The notes under the pieces are model-generated. The model saw nothing but the letters and a program-made list of their open reading frames with translations, ran no database searches and was not told the DNA's origin. DNA of 64,000 bases from contig NW_005434663.1 in assembly GCF_000315625.1 (NCBI RefSeq), positions 62,001 through 126,000 on the forward strand, written 5' to 3'. Both the position numbers and the translations under genes were made by a program. Positions 50,630 to 64,000 of this stretch are shown in pieces (the stretch's first letter is position 1; every line of letters starts with the position of its first letter). This stretch comes from Guillardia theta CCMP2712. Its lineage: Eukaryota > Protista > Cryptophyta.

Positions 50630-51247
50630 AATCACCCGGTGATCGGCCCGGCCCGCGTGACTCTGTGATGATCGCCGGCGGGCGTCGTTCATGACTCGGG
50701 CCGAATTACGGAGATAATACACACTGAGATTAAATTTCAAAAACTCCTGTTCATTTGAAAATTTAGCTGATATTTTCAAAACAAGAACCCTACAACAGTG
50801 AACCGAGGAGAAGAGGGGGTGCATGATTTCGTAGGACACTTTGGAGGGGGTCCACTATAAAGAAATATGGATAATTTGGTGGGTAGGGGTAGTAGACTTC
50901 AGTTGCACGGGGTGAGGTGGTGCGTTGCGGATGCAGGAGGCAGGATGCAGAGCTGTGGTTGGACGGGAAGAGGAAGGGAGAGGGGATGGAGGTAGCGTGA
51001 TGGAGCTGAGGATGAGAGCGCGAAGCTCAGAGGAAGTGAGAGAGTGCTGCAGCAGGGCAGAGAGATGGTTGGGATGATGTGGATGATGTCATGGTATGAT
51101 CAAGCTTCGAAGAAGTCTCGGGATGAACACAGCGAAAAACTTGGATTGACGACTGCTATTGGGCAGCTAAATGCTGGATTTTGAATTACTCTGAATTTCG
51201 ATTTGACGGCATCTTTTTGCAGTATCTGTAACAAGCTACTCGGAAAG

Positions 51248-52863
51248 ATGTCGATGTTCGATGCGATGAAACACGCTGTGCACAGCGTTTTCAAGGAGAC
51301 AGTGGAGTCAGTGACCTCAGTCTCACACGTGTCTCAATTCCGTGAGAAGGGGGTGCTAACTCCTGAAGAGTTCGTTGCTGCAGGTATCTGCTTCATGACC
51401 GAGCGGTCAGCTCCATCCGAATGACGTCTATTCTAGGAGACATGCTGGTGTACAAGTGCCCGTCATGGTCGTGGGAAGCTGGCGACCCCTCGAAGGTTTG
51501 TTCCACATCGGCCTGCATGTGGAATGATTTTTGTTTGAAGGCGAAGGACTACTTACCGAAGAACAAGCAGTATCTGATAACGCGGTTGATCAAACCATTT
51601 CTGTCAGTTGTTTGCTGAAAGTCAGTTCAAGGAACGTTCCATGTCACCAGCGAGTGGCTGCCCTTGGTGAATCCGTCCGGGAGATAGCGGTAATGTGGTC
51701 TGTTAAGGTTCTTGCGGCAAACAAGATGATCCATTCGCTCGTCAGATGGAAGACGCTGAAGATGAGGAATGGACTTACACTCAAACTTTGGGAGCGGTTT
51801 GGCTTGAGAATGGCCAGGACTTTTGAATGACTTCTTTCGAAAGGCGAAAGACGGTGAAGCACGAGAAATTGAGGACATTGATGCAGAAGAGGAGCCCAAG
51901 AGCATGGAAACTTCTGGGACTGGTGCGACTCTTCACGAGACAATCTTTTCTTTTGTTTGCCTTTGCATAACTACTTTGTGGGGGCAGAGGAGGTAAAGGC
52001 TCCTGTTACTGCTGCACCAGAAAGCCAGGACGAGGATGTAAATTATCGTGCTGGGTGTTTGAGTTGCTGATGTTTCTCCAGGTTCCTGATCTAGACGATT
52101 TGGAGTTGGACGAAGATGACGCCATTCTTCCTGATGACCCATCTGTGTATGCTGATGAAAACGTTCTTGCAGAGGATGGGTTGGTTGACTGCGCGTTTGT
52201 GCAGAATTCTCCCTTCTCCAGCGGCAGGTGCTGCAAGTGCGAGTTCTGGATTCGTAAAGACAAGATCGTACAACATAAGTATCACCTACGACAAGTATTA
52301 CATGGTTGACGTGTACTTGTTAACACTGAAGGGCAGTGACATGGCAGTGCAGGTGCCGAGGATGTGGTTGTTCGGATATGATGAAGATGGACGGCCTCTC
52401 ACCCACGCGCAAGTACTTCTGCCATTGCCGCTCGTTGCTCGAGGTGCTCATATGTTGTCCAGGTGTTCGAGGACATGTCGCAAGACCATGCGAAGAGGAC
52501 GGTGACGATTGACCCGCATCCGCACGTACCTGGCGTCTCGCATGCCTCGGTCCATCCTTGCAAGTGAGGGTAGCGTCGGGGTTGTTGATAGGTCCTGACC
52601 TCTTGGTAGGCATGCGCCCACCCTCAAAAGGATCATAGATCAGGTTGGAAGAGAGTTGGGGGAGTGAAGCTGTCGCTGACTTGCTTCCCTAGATCGAATC
52701 AGGAGACTCTGGAAGGCAGATGCGGCCCGACCAATCCCTCTTCCTCTTCCTCAAGTGCTGCCGGCAGAATCCTGCTCCTCTCTTCTGATCCTCGCTTTAC
52801 AGGTTTATCTCCTCCATCATTCCCACTATTGAGTATGACTTCACGATGGACTTCGATGCTTGA
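51248..52863 (+). CDS. ATG3: Autophagy E2-like conjugating enzyme ATG3
   Basis: [18 protein letters not shown]|[60 protein letters not shown] (catalytic Cys), [20 protein letters not shown]. Confidence 0.96.
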
Positions 52864-53605
52864 ACCTCCCGATCTTTGCGGAGACCAGGAGATTGGTTTC
52901 CTGTTTTTGCGCGGCTTTCTTGAATGACTTATTAAAGACGAGTTGTTCCCGTCAGGGCTGCTATGAGTTCTATATGCTCACTCCATCATTGCTACTGTTC
53001 TCGCTTGCAACTCTTCATCCTCATCGTCTCTTTCCTCGCTCATCTTCATCTTCACTGCATCCACCCCTCAGCCTCTCGTCTCACAGCCGCATAAAAGGAG
53101 TCCGACTGAAAACCGTATTTAAAAAAAGTCATGTTTTTTTGACAAGCACTGGACAGAAATGTGCGGCATGAGATGTTCTCTTGCCGCTGCTTCTTCTCCT
53201 TCTGCTGTTGATCCTCCTCCTCCTCCTCCTCCTCCTCCTCCTCCTCCTCCTCCTCATGCTCTAGCATCTGATCTTGCTACTGCTGTATCGCCTTTCGTTC
53301 ATGCTCTTGACCCCGTTCTTGCTTGCTGATCATGCTCCATGAATGTACTCGATTCATACCTGTTACAATGATTCCGTCTGAAATCAGGAGGGGGAGGTGC
53401 CTTTATTCCTGCTGCTCAAAGTTCCGCTTATTGATTGTTTTGTTCACTTTTATCCTCTCTGTCCTCTGCATTTTTTCACATTAGTGAACACACGAGGCCG
53501 AAGGCAATTTTGGGCCGCTCTGAAGATTCTGAATGTCGTTTGCCTGCAGATATAGATGGAGATGAGCTCTGCCCAGACAAGGGATCGTCTTCACGCTATC
53601 AGACG

Positions 53606-56600
53606 ATGGCTTCCTTGTTTGGAAGCGAGCCAGACAACCTTTTGCAACCTGCGGCATTCTCTTGCCAGCTTTTGATTCGATTTGCAACGAATTCCATCTC
53701 GTCAATATGATGAGCATAGAGCAAGATGTGGACGCTCTAAGGCAGATGCTGGAGACATCTGTCAGTGAAGGAACAGTCGAGACAGCAACTCTCTCCTCCA
53801 TAGTGAAGGATTTGATCAAGCACCTACACCAAGATAAAGAACTAGCAGCAGAGATGTTGCTTGAGAAAGACAGAATGCAACGTAAGATTGACGAGGAAGC
53901 GAAAGTTCGAGAGCAGTCAGCGAGGGAGGAGATGGTGCTAAGAGCTGATCTTCATGCTCTGAAGCAAGAGAACTCTGAGATGCAAGGTTGCATGAAATTG
54001 CTGCATTGCGAGGTGGACGGTATGTTGTCAACCTTGGAAACTTTGTGTCAAGAGGTCACCTCCCATCACCTCAAGACTTGTAACAAGTTGGAAAGTTTCG
54101 AGTTGATCGTCAGAAACAGGTGATCGCACTTTATCTTGACCTGTCTCATGACCTTGTCTTGTCTTGCAGTCATGACGGAACTTGCCCAATGGACAAATCA
54201 GCTCTAAAGAGACGTGAGGAACAATTGTCAGCCAACGGAGAGGTCGAGGGAGATGGTGGTCTTAGCTGCGCTGATCAACATGCTGATCAAATCTTGAATG
54301 GATATCACACGTTGAATGGATGTGAAGACAGTATCGATGATGTTCAAAGATCAGTGACGAGTCTGGAAACGAAGTTACAAAACCTGCTCATGAAACTTGA
54401 ATCAAAGAGAATGGACGACGACTTGTTCATTGACAGGATGCTTGAGAGAGTGGAAATGAGCAACAGCACGAAAGAGCAGGTGCTACAAGACCTTGTGTGG
54501 ACTGAAGAAGATCTGGAGGAGGTGAAGCGGTCTCTGAGGGAAGAGAGGAGAAGAAACGAGGAGCTGGCTTCCAGCAAGTCTTTGCTTGAGCGCGAGATCG
54601 AAACTCTAGCGGAACGGCTGATCAAGGAGCAGCTGCTCCTTGACTCCCTCCGAATCGACCGAGAGGACGAGATCAAGGCGAAACAGAGCTTCAGTCCCAT
54701 GGTCGAGGATGCGATGCGGGCCATCCTGCATGAGGTAGAGGAGATGACTGCAAGTCTGCTACATCTCCAGGGTCAGCACGAGGACCTCTCTGCAGCTGAC
54801 AGCAAACCCTTGCCGTGTGATGCTGAAGTTGCGGCACCACGCGGAAGTCTCGAGGAGAGGACAGACAGGCTGGGCAGCGAGGAAATGGAGAAAGTGAAAG
54901 AAGAGCTGAGAACTTTGCGGGAAAGACTCGCGGAGCTCGGAGATGAGCTGGAGGGGGCAAAGAGAGAGAAGAAGGAGCTGGAGTCGTCCTGGACTCACAA
55001 GGTGTCGAAACTTCAAGCCGAGATGAAGCATCGAGAACTGCAGGACAGGAAGGAGGAGGAAGAGCAGCAGCTCAGCTGGCGGAGGGACGCAGATCTGCTG
55101 CAGGGGACGAACGCAGTGAAGATTGAGATTGCGCGTCGGGAGCTTCACCGCTGCGAGCTGCTGTGCTGCTGCCATGCATCCTCGAGATAGAGGAGCTGCG
55201 GACTCACGTGCTGCAGGAAGAGGAGGAGAAGAACATGAGGGTCGAGCTGTTGCTGAGGGAGAATGAGGAGCTGAAGGCGAGGCTGGACAGAGAGGGTCGT
55301 GAACGAGCGAGTCAGAGGGTAGAGGAGCGCGAGAGGCAAGAGGTGGCTTCTGCTCAGCTCCGAGAGTTCACGATCCGAGTTCAGGAGATCTCAGAGGACC
55401 TGTCGGACTTCTGCAGCGACTTTGGCGAGCAGCAAGTCGACCCGAGCCGGCTGGCTGAGCAGGAGAAAGATCTGCAGAGTCTGCGTGATAGTGTTCAGCT
55501 TGCTGTGGAGGAGATGAGAATGGGAGTGAAGGACGCGTCCGTCTTGATCTTTGACCTGAGAGGTCAAATGATCGGCGATGCGACGGTGAACGAGGAGCAA
55601 AGCTTGTCACTTACTAGCGCCATCGCTGGAGTCGAGAGCCTCTGCTGGGGTCTAGAGGGAAGTCTCATGACATCAAAGGACTTGTTGCTGCTAGCACAAG
55701 GCCAGGGCGACGGTCTGATGAAAGTCTGCGATGAGCTTGTCACGCGAACAAGTGAGCTGATCACAAGATGTGTGTCTACGTATATGCACAACTTCCATCA
55801 GAGGGATCGTGAGCAGCTTGAGAGCTCGAAGGTCGTGCAGGAGCTGATGGAGCAGCTCAGGGAGATGGAGGAGGAGTTGAAGCAAACGTCTGCTTGCTCC
55901 CTCGCCTCCTTCCGTCGCATGGAGGAGCTTGAGCAGCAGACACGCGACTCTCTCGCTGCTCTTGATCGCCTTGTCTCCTCCTTGTGTGCGACCTTCTCTT
56001 CTTTGCAAGAGGAGACGCAGGCAGCTCAGAACGACCAGGTAGCCGACAAGAGGAGGAAGGAAGCAGTGGAACAAAAACTTCTGAGGGAGACTGAGAATTT
56101 GCTGCTCGAGGTTGAGAAGGAGAAGCAACAGCTTCAAAGGTCTCTCGTCGAACAAGCACAAGATCGGAAGATGTTGAGCCAGGTGATGGAAAGCTTCCGC
56201 GCGCTTGCCCGTGAAAGCTTGCAAGCTTGCGAAGACATGGCAAGGGAGAGACAAGAAATGTCGGTGAAAGAAGAAGCGAAGCTGAAGGAGGAGCGAGGGA
56301 GGCTGCTTGAAGTATCCCAAGAACGAGACGATCTGATGAAGAGGGTGCGGGAGGTGGAAGAAAAGATGAACAAGACTGAACAGTGGAGGCTCGAAGAAGA
56401 AAATGAGAAAGCACAAGTTGTCATGAGATTGCAGAGTCTTGAAGGTAACGTGGAAAGTTTGTCAGACGTCACAGAAAAAGTCAAGATATGTGAGGTTCTG
56501 TTGGAAGAAATGTCCAGGCGCAACTCAGACCTCCATTTCCAACTTCATCGTCAGCAACTCGTCGCTGAGGATATGTCAAAGAACAACACACTGCTGCAAG

Positions 56601-59600
56601 ACAGGCTGGTCATGCTGAACAGAAATGTTGTGGAAGAGGACGAGTTTCTTGTTGATGAAATCAGCAGGATGAGTGAGGATTGCAGGGTGATAGAGAAAAC
56701 TTTGATCAGTGCAAGTCAAGAGATCGCTGTTGTTCTACAGGCTTCCAAGTTTGCCATGATGTCGCATCTGCAAACTTTGAGTTGTCTCCGAGACATTCGA
56801 ACACAAGAGAAAAGTCTTGTTCAACAGGTTAAGATTGCAGAACATGACATCAGTGGACACATTGATGATCAAGCCCAGCTGGCTGTGAGACAGGCTGAAA
56901 GCATTGCTGAGATGCTGATAAATAGTCTTTCACTTGTTTCAAACGAACAATCAAGAAATCACGACAGGCAAGATGCCATTGAGAGACGAATGAAAGAATC
57001 AGAACTGATCAAGTCTTCTGTCTCCCATCAATTGTTCAATCATTGCAAAGATTTGAGCGACATACAAGACTCTTTGTCTAGTTGCCACGTCAGTCTACGA
57101 GATGAGTGCAGCACTGCTTCAGCTAGCTCTCAACACTTTCATCACTCGCTGCTTCTCGTCGTAGACGGAATGCATTCTTGTCAGCAAGACTGTCTGCTGC
57201 TGCTAGAGGGGATGGAGCAAGAGGATCAGGAGCTTCAGCTTCTCATCTCACAGGTCGATGCCGTCGCCTCGCTTCTGCGTCCCCTTGGCTCTCACCTGGC
57301 AAGCCTGCAGCGACAGGAGCAGGAGAATGCGGCGCTGAGAGAGGAAGTGAGGAGGAGGGAGGCAGAGCTGATCGCCTCTCACCAGCATCTCAATGTGTTG
57401 AGAGAGGAGGCAGCCGAAAAAGAGCGAGCGATGCACAGCGACTTTCAGGAGAGGCTGGACTATGTGGACGACATGGCGGAGGAGGAGAAGACGCGGCTGA
57501 AGCAAGAGATCTCACTGGAGCGACAGAAGTTGTGCGACTTGACTCAGGCAAGCTTGACGCTCCTTTCGCAACTTGACGAGCGCGCGCAAGAGCTGGAGGG
57601 GCCCGTGCAGCTGCTCGAGTCTCTGCTCCTCCAGGCTCTCTCCTCTCTTCACAGAGGGGCAGAGGCAGCAGGAGGCACTATCGACCGCCTCCTCGCGCAG
57701 TCCCAGGCCCTCCTGTCGCTAGTGAACGCTAGTCACTTGAAGTCGATCGCCGGGCTGGAGGAGGAGGAGAAGCGAATGAGCATGTGCGAGAAGGCAGCGG
57801 ACTTGCTGGAAGACAGCTCTCGTGCTTTTCCCTCCTTCGCCTCCTCCCTGCGACAAGTCCTCGAGGACAACCGCCTCCTGCGCTGCGAGGTAGGAGAGCT
57901 GGAGGATCGGCTGCGGAGGCAGGAGGAGAACCTGCGGGAGCTGCACGAGGCGAAGCAGCGAGCGTCAGGGTCGATGCACCAGCAGGAGAGCAACTTGATC
58001 AACCATATCTCCGACATGCTGGAAGAGATCGCCAGCCAGAAATGCTCCATCGACAAGCTTACGGAGGAGCTGGAGGCGACCAAGAGAGACAGGGACACAA
58101 GGTAGCCGACGAGGATGCAGGAGGCGAGCTGATAAGACTTGGCAGCGTGGGAGAGTTGGAGAGGAGAGAAGAGGAGCTGAAGGAGCAGGTGAAAATGTTG
58201 ACGGCCTCCATTGATGAACGAACTCGAGATGGTCACGTGCTGGAAATGAGGCTACAAGGCGAGCAGAGAGCAAGACGAGGAGGATGAGGGTTGTGTGACT
58301 GCATGACAGACGCGTGGGATGAGATAGAGAAGCTCAAAGTTGCCTGCACTTGCCTCATGCTGTTTGTAACTCCTCCTGCGTGCTACAGGACACACCGACC
58401 CTGAGTCACGACCAAGTAGACGAAGTTAGTTGCTGTTTCCTCCTCATCTTGTGACTTCTGTTTGCTTCCAGTCGGAGTTGAAAGGCCTCAGGCATATTGT
58501 TGATCAGAGTTTCATGTATGCAAACGAGGTGAAGGAGGAGGGAGGAGAGAGACGTTTGTGACGAAAAGAAACCAGCTCCTTCAGGACATTAACACCTTAT
58601 GCTCCATCATCGACGAAGTCAACGAAGATATCGAGGTAGAGGCTGACGACGCAGTTCATGGCACTGACACTTGTTCAGGCGAACAGAGAGCGATACACGT
58701 CGTTGTTGGAGGGCTTCAAGGTCTTTCCGCTCTCCTCCCCTCCTCTTGTTCTGAAGTCTCTGCGTCCAGGACGCGCAGGAGGAGAAGAGGTTGTCATGGG
58801 AGAAGATAGTCGAGCTGCAGGCAAGCTGGAGGCGGGAGGTGAAGGAAGTGACGGATAGTCAAGGACAACCTCTCGCACGCCAAAGTGAGGATGTTTCAGT
58901 TCAGAGACGAGAGCCTTCAATCCGTACTCGCGCCTGCGACTAGAGGCAGGCGGGTGACAGGAGGTGCAGGTGCTGGGCCTTGACAGTATGGCGGAGATCG
59001 AAGATGTGATCCTTGCGGTCAAAGCTCAGCAGAGGGAGACGAGGAGTCTGCGGCAGCTGCAGGTGTGTGCTGCTGGGAGAGAGCTGGGCGTGTGTAAGGG
59101 AGGATGTGTCTGCAGCTGGAGTTGCGACGGCAGATGCTGCAGGACAGTGAGAACATGATCAAGATCTTGACAGGTCTTCTCCTCCCTCCTCACTCCTCGA
59201 CCTCCCCCTCCTTCTTCTCCTCGTCCTCCCCAAGCGTCATGTTTGCATCAGGAGCTCGAGTGTTCGAGATGGAAGTAGAGATGCAGTAGGCGATCTGCTC
59301 GGCTCGTGTCAGGCTGCTCATGCGCTTCTCAGGTACAGGAAGCGAAACAAGTCGGACGACCGGGACAGCGAGGTAACACGAGCTCCTCGAGTCCAGCTGA
59401 CGCCCATGCAGACGGAAGGGACTCTAGCAAAGGTCTTGCGAGACTTCCAGAAGAATCTCGGGAGTCAGGTGCGACAGCTCTGCATGCTGCCCTCGCCTGA
59501 TGAGAAGCAGCGCGAGAGAGCTGCGATGCTCTTGTCCTTCCAGACCAAGCAGAAGGAGCTGACAGGCAAGAGACCCTCCCAGTCCCCATGACACGTCACC

Positions 59601-60034
59601 TCCTCCTCATGCTTTGACACGTTGTCAGGTTCCGTCCCTCCTATCTCCATCGGACTGGCAAGGAAGAACGACCGCGACATCCAGGTCAAGTCCAGCAGGC
59701 CGTCATGAACTTTTCTCACGTCAGAGCTCAGGACATGTGGGGCAAGTCGGCGTCGGAGATGAACATGGAGAGGAGCGGCGCCTCCGCCTCAACTCCCAGC
59801 AGCCATCGATCGCACACCTCTACCGCCTCCCCCACTTGGAGTCACTCCAACGGTCAACTTGACTCGTTCGACCGCCGGTCTCTGACGGGACTTGCAGCCG
59901 CTGACCTCCAACACACTCCTCCCCTTCTGTCAACCGCGTCATCTGAAACCTCTACCCCTCGCCTGCTCCGCTCCTCGTTTCTCGAGCTCTCGTACTCGTT
60001 CAATCCGCTTGTCCCCCCCCCACTTCTCTCTTAA
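53606..60034 (+). CDS. Giant coiled-coil protein (E/L/Q/R-rich), multi-exon; ends approximate
   Basis: Consecutive heptad-rich ORFs 53662..54123, 54120..55190 and 55163..58105, plus short exons to ~60030. Confidence 0.75.
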
Positions 60035-60329
60035 CGTCTTCTTTCTTGTTTCCTCCTCCTCCTCCTCCTCCTCCTCCTCTTTCTGGTTTCCTCCACCACC
60101 ACCTCCTCCTCCTGACTTTGCGTTCGTCGCCAGGAATTACGAGCCCAGCCCCCGTCAAAATGTCTCCCCACCGACGCCAACAAGGCAAGTGCTTGTCGTT
60201 GCTGTCACAGCTGAAGATTTTCTGCAGCGCTCTTTCGTGGAAGAGTTCAAGTTTCTATCGTGACAAGCCATCTCTCTAGATGTGTAGGTAGTATCATGTT
60301 GTTTCCAGATGTATTCAAGTAAATATCAA

Positions 60330-61720
60330 CTCTTTACCATCTTCTCGCTACCATTTACATGTTTTCCAGCTGTACAAGTCGACTTGACGTCGACGGGTTC
60401 TCAGAAACATCTGCGGTTGGAATCTCTTGACATCAAATCATTCACTTCATCCTTGAGATGCGATGATCACTTCTTCGATTTGCTGCGAGGTCGAGGAGGA
60501 CAGGACGATGATAGTATCAGCTGCATCCATATGCAGATCCCTCGTTCCTTCTCACCAAGTCACTCATGCAAGAAAACCTTCGTGCCTTACCAGCAGCTTC
60601 GATCGTTACTCGCCTCCCATGCTTGTCAGTCACTTTCCCTCCGCTCTCTTCTACGCATAGTATCCCTGATCGACATGTTCACCGGTAAGGAACAGCGACT
60701 TGCGTTTACCTGCCCCGTGCTCTGCGGCACTAAACCCTTCAGGGTTCGAGTGCAAGCAAGCAGCAGCTCGTGCCTGTTCCTTGTCATGTCGACCTCGTTA
60801 TCGTCAGTCAGCAACCTGACACACACGCCAGTAGTGCTCAAGGACTCCTCCTCCGACGTCTGCAGCGCATGAATCACAAGAGACTTCCTCAAGCTTCTTA
60901 CCCAAGGCAGGTGCCGCATCAGAGAACGGAGCTCTTGAGCACCGCCCGCTGCATAGCCATGGCGGATAATCCAACCCTGCTCGAGGAGACGGGATCGTCC
61001 TTTCGCACACAGCAATCAACATCCTGATTTCGTCATCTGCAAGAACTCACGACAGAGAGTTGAAGTCGTACTTCACTTGCTCCCAGCATCTCTCCCTGTT
61101 CTCTTCCTGCGGAATTATGAGACCTCCTCTCATTTTCATGAGGCACACCATGGTAAGCGTCATCTGCGAGGGTTCTCCTCCAGCAAGAGGCCAATATCGC
61201 AATCCTTGACCTTTGACAGCAGCCATGATGCAGGAGCCATTCTGAGCCATGGAGTTTGCTACAGCCGACATCCTGACCTTTTCCAACGTCACCTCAGCAT
61301 GTTTCTGCATCCCACCATACCTGGTTGTCCTCTACCAGAGCGATCGATGCAAGGAGATGTGAACTTGTCTTGCCGTACTTCTCGGAGGTGCAATGCCACA
61401 ACCAGTATCGACTTGCTTTGGACGCCTGAATAAGATTCACAACCAGACTTTGACTTGTTGCATTCAACCTCTCTGCTCGAACTCAGTGGTTGTGGACCCA
61501 AACTTGCTTTCAAACGCTGAATCATTCCCTCGGATGACTTCTGCTCCAGTCTCTCGACATCACGCTCATCCTTCAATACCAGCTTCTCTTCTGCAAGGCA
61601 TTCCTGAAGTATTGAATGTAAATCCCCAACAAGTAAAGTACAGGAAAAGCAAGCAGAACAAGACTTCACCTTGAAGTATTTGGAGATGGCGGCATTTACG
61701 GTCAAATCTATCCTCTGAGA
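60330..61720 (-). CDS. Hypothetical multi-exon protein
   Basis: Plausible GT-AG exons (ECLAEEKLVLKDERDVERLEQK..., MSAVANSMAQNGSCIMAAVKG..., ENRERCWEQVKYDF); no domain recognised. Confidence 0.45.
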
Positions 61721-61885
61721 ATGTAAATCAGAGCGATTGTTCAGTGTAAGCTACAACAGATTGATTTTACATTTTGTTCACAGTCAGCAGGAACAGTGTC
61801 GGTCAACACTCTTTGAAGCAACTGCACAACAAACCTTTACAGTGGAGTTAAAATGAATCTCCCACATGCTTCAATAAGACATACT

Positions 61886-62831
<946 letters not shown>

Positions 62832-63125
62832 GGGGCAGAGAGGCAACACCGACAACCAGCTAGTCAACGAGAGCAACGGAGACAGAACGGAGAAAGATAA
62901 TGAGACTAATGGAAGAGGAAAGAAGGGAAGAGGCGGGACGAAGGGAGGCGATGCAAGGGAAGAGGAGAGAGAAACGAGAAGATGAGACAAGGGGAGAGAA
63001 GCTAGCAGAGTAGAGCGTCCAACTTTGAAGAGAAAGAGCGTGGTTCTGCTTCGCTAATCAAAGATACATTACGGTTCTAGGTACTCCAAGTGAGGGCCAG
63101 TCAGAGACAACACCGTTCCGAAGAA

Positions 63126-64000
63126 ATGGCCATCAGCGTCTTGAAGAAGATGTCAAGGCGAAAAAATATGTCGGACAATGCTCTAGTGATTGATAAGCGT
63201 CATTTATGGCTATCAAAGAAGATAGCAAACGCACTCCAAGTAGATGATGTCGACCATGTTGAAAAGCAAGTCTCGAATCCATCCACATTGAAGACTGTGA
63301 ACATGTTCTTTCAAGCCAATGGATACAGGTATTTTGTGATCCTGCTGTCATTTACATTCTCAATTTCCTTTGTCAGGACTATCTTTTGCTGCTTCAACCA
63401 GCATCAAAACGAGTTGATGGTAACAAATGAGCTTGCTGATTTACAAAGCGTGCAAAACGAGAAGGTGTTGTATTTCCTCAGAAATATAGAGGACAATGTC
63501 GCAGTATCATCAGAATGCAATAAGGACATATCATTTGGGCTGTTTGGGAGCCATTCAATCAAGAACCTCAATGTCATGATACAGGAAGTATACGTCCCTT
63601 TGTTAGAGGCAAATCTGTTGAGAGGACACAGAGACAACACAGATAATTTCAGAAATCAGCTTTCAAGATTCTCTATGTCTTTACTTGACCTGGTCCAGAC
63701 GATTGACTCAAGGGTGAGGTTGGAAAAGCCAGGCGAGGAATTACTTTCTCGGCTCTCTACTCAACTGATGGATGCTCCAAACAACTCGGAAATGAAGATA
63801 CAAATACAACATCGACTTCAACATCTCCTTGGACATTGGTATAACTCAGCCAAGAAGGTTTTGCATTACGGACAAGAAGATTTGAATGATGACAAAGAGT
63901 CAGGACCGGATTCAACCCTCAAGTAAGATTTTCACCACTCGTTGTCTCCTCGTTTCTGAAGCATGATCGAACAGGTTTTGGAGGGAGCGCCTGGCCCGCC
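63126..64000 (+). CDS. Second axonemal dynein heavy chain (outer-arm gamma-like) N-terminus, truncated by right edge
   Basis: IDKRHLWLSKKIANAL, KVLYFLRN, DISFGLF, IQEVYVPLL, VRLEKP, LLGHWYNSAKKVL, ESGPDSTL.|FWRER. Confidence 0.8.

Overview
Gene-dense eukaryotic nuclear DNA with many short (~50 nt) spliceosomal introns, low-complexity CT/GA tracts and two assembly gaps. The style (short introns, bipartite plastid-targeting leader, flagellar genes) suggests a cryptophyte alga such as Guillardia theta; this is inference. Left to right: a highly divergent axonemal dynein heavy chain running off the left edge, a Crinkler/RHS-type NTPase + restriction-endonuclease-fold gene with a secretory-looking leader, a SMIM14 homologue, a bacterial-like DUF5703/GH95-like glycosidase, a convergent NIPA + CNNM Mg2+ transporter pair, a small basic protein, a GT8/glycogenin-like gene, an MFS transporter, a giant Cys-rich LysM protein, a PDZ/coiled-coil gene, an intronless orphan, an Sfi1-repeat protein, an SLC25 carrier, a ~1.3 kb copia-derived element, ATG3, a giant coiled-coil gene, an unknown gene, a plastid-targeted RibD/PYRD deaminase, and the start of a second dynein heavy chain. 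Most notable: the 699-aa spliced CR-type NTPase-nuclease, the apparently ATPase-dead dynein, the miniature copia element with a half-tRNA PBS, and a recurrent ~30-bp intergenic motif. All calls come from manual motif recognition; exon boundaries are manual and approximate unless stated.
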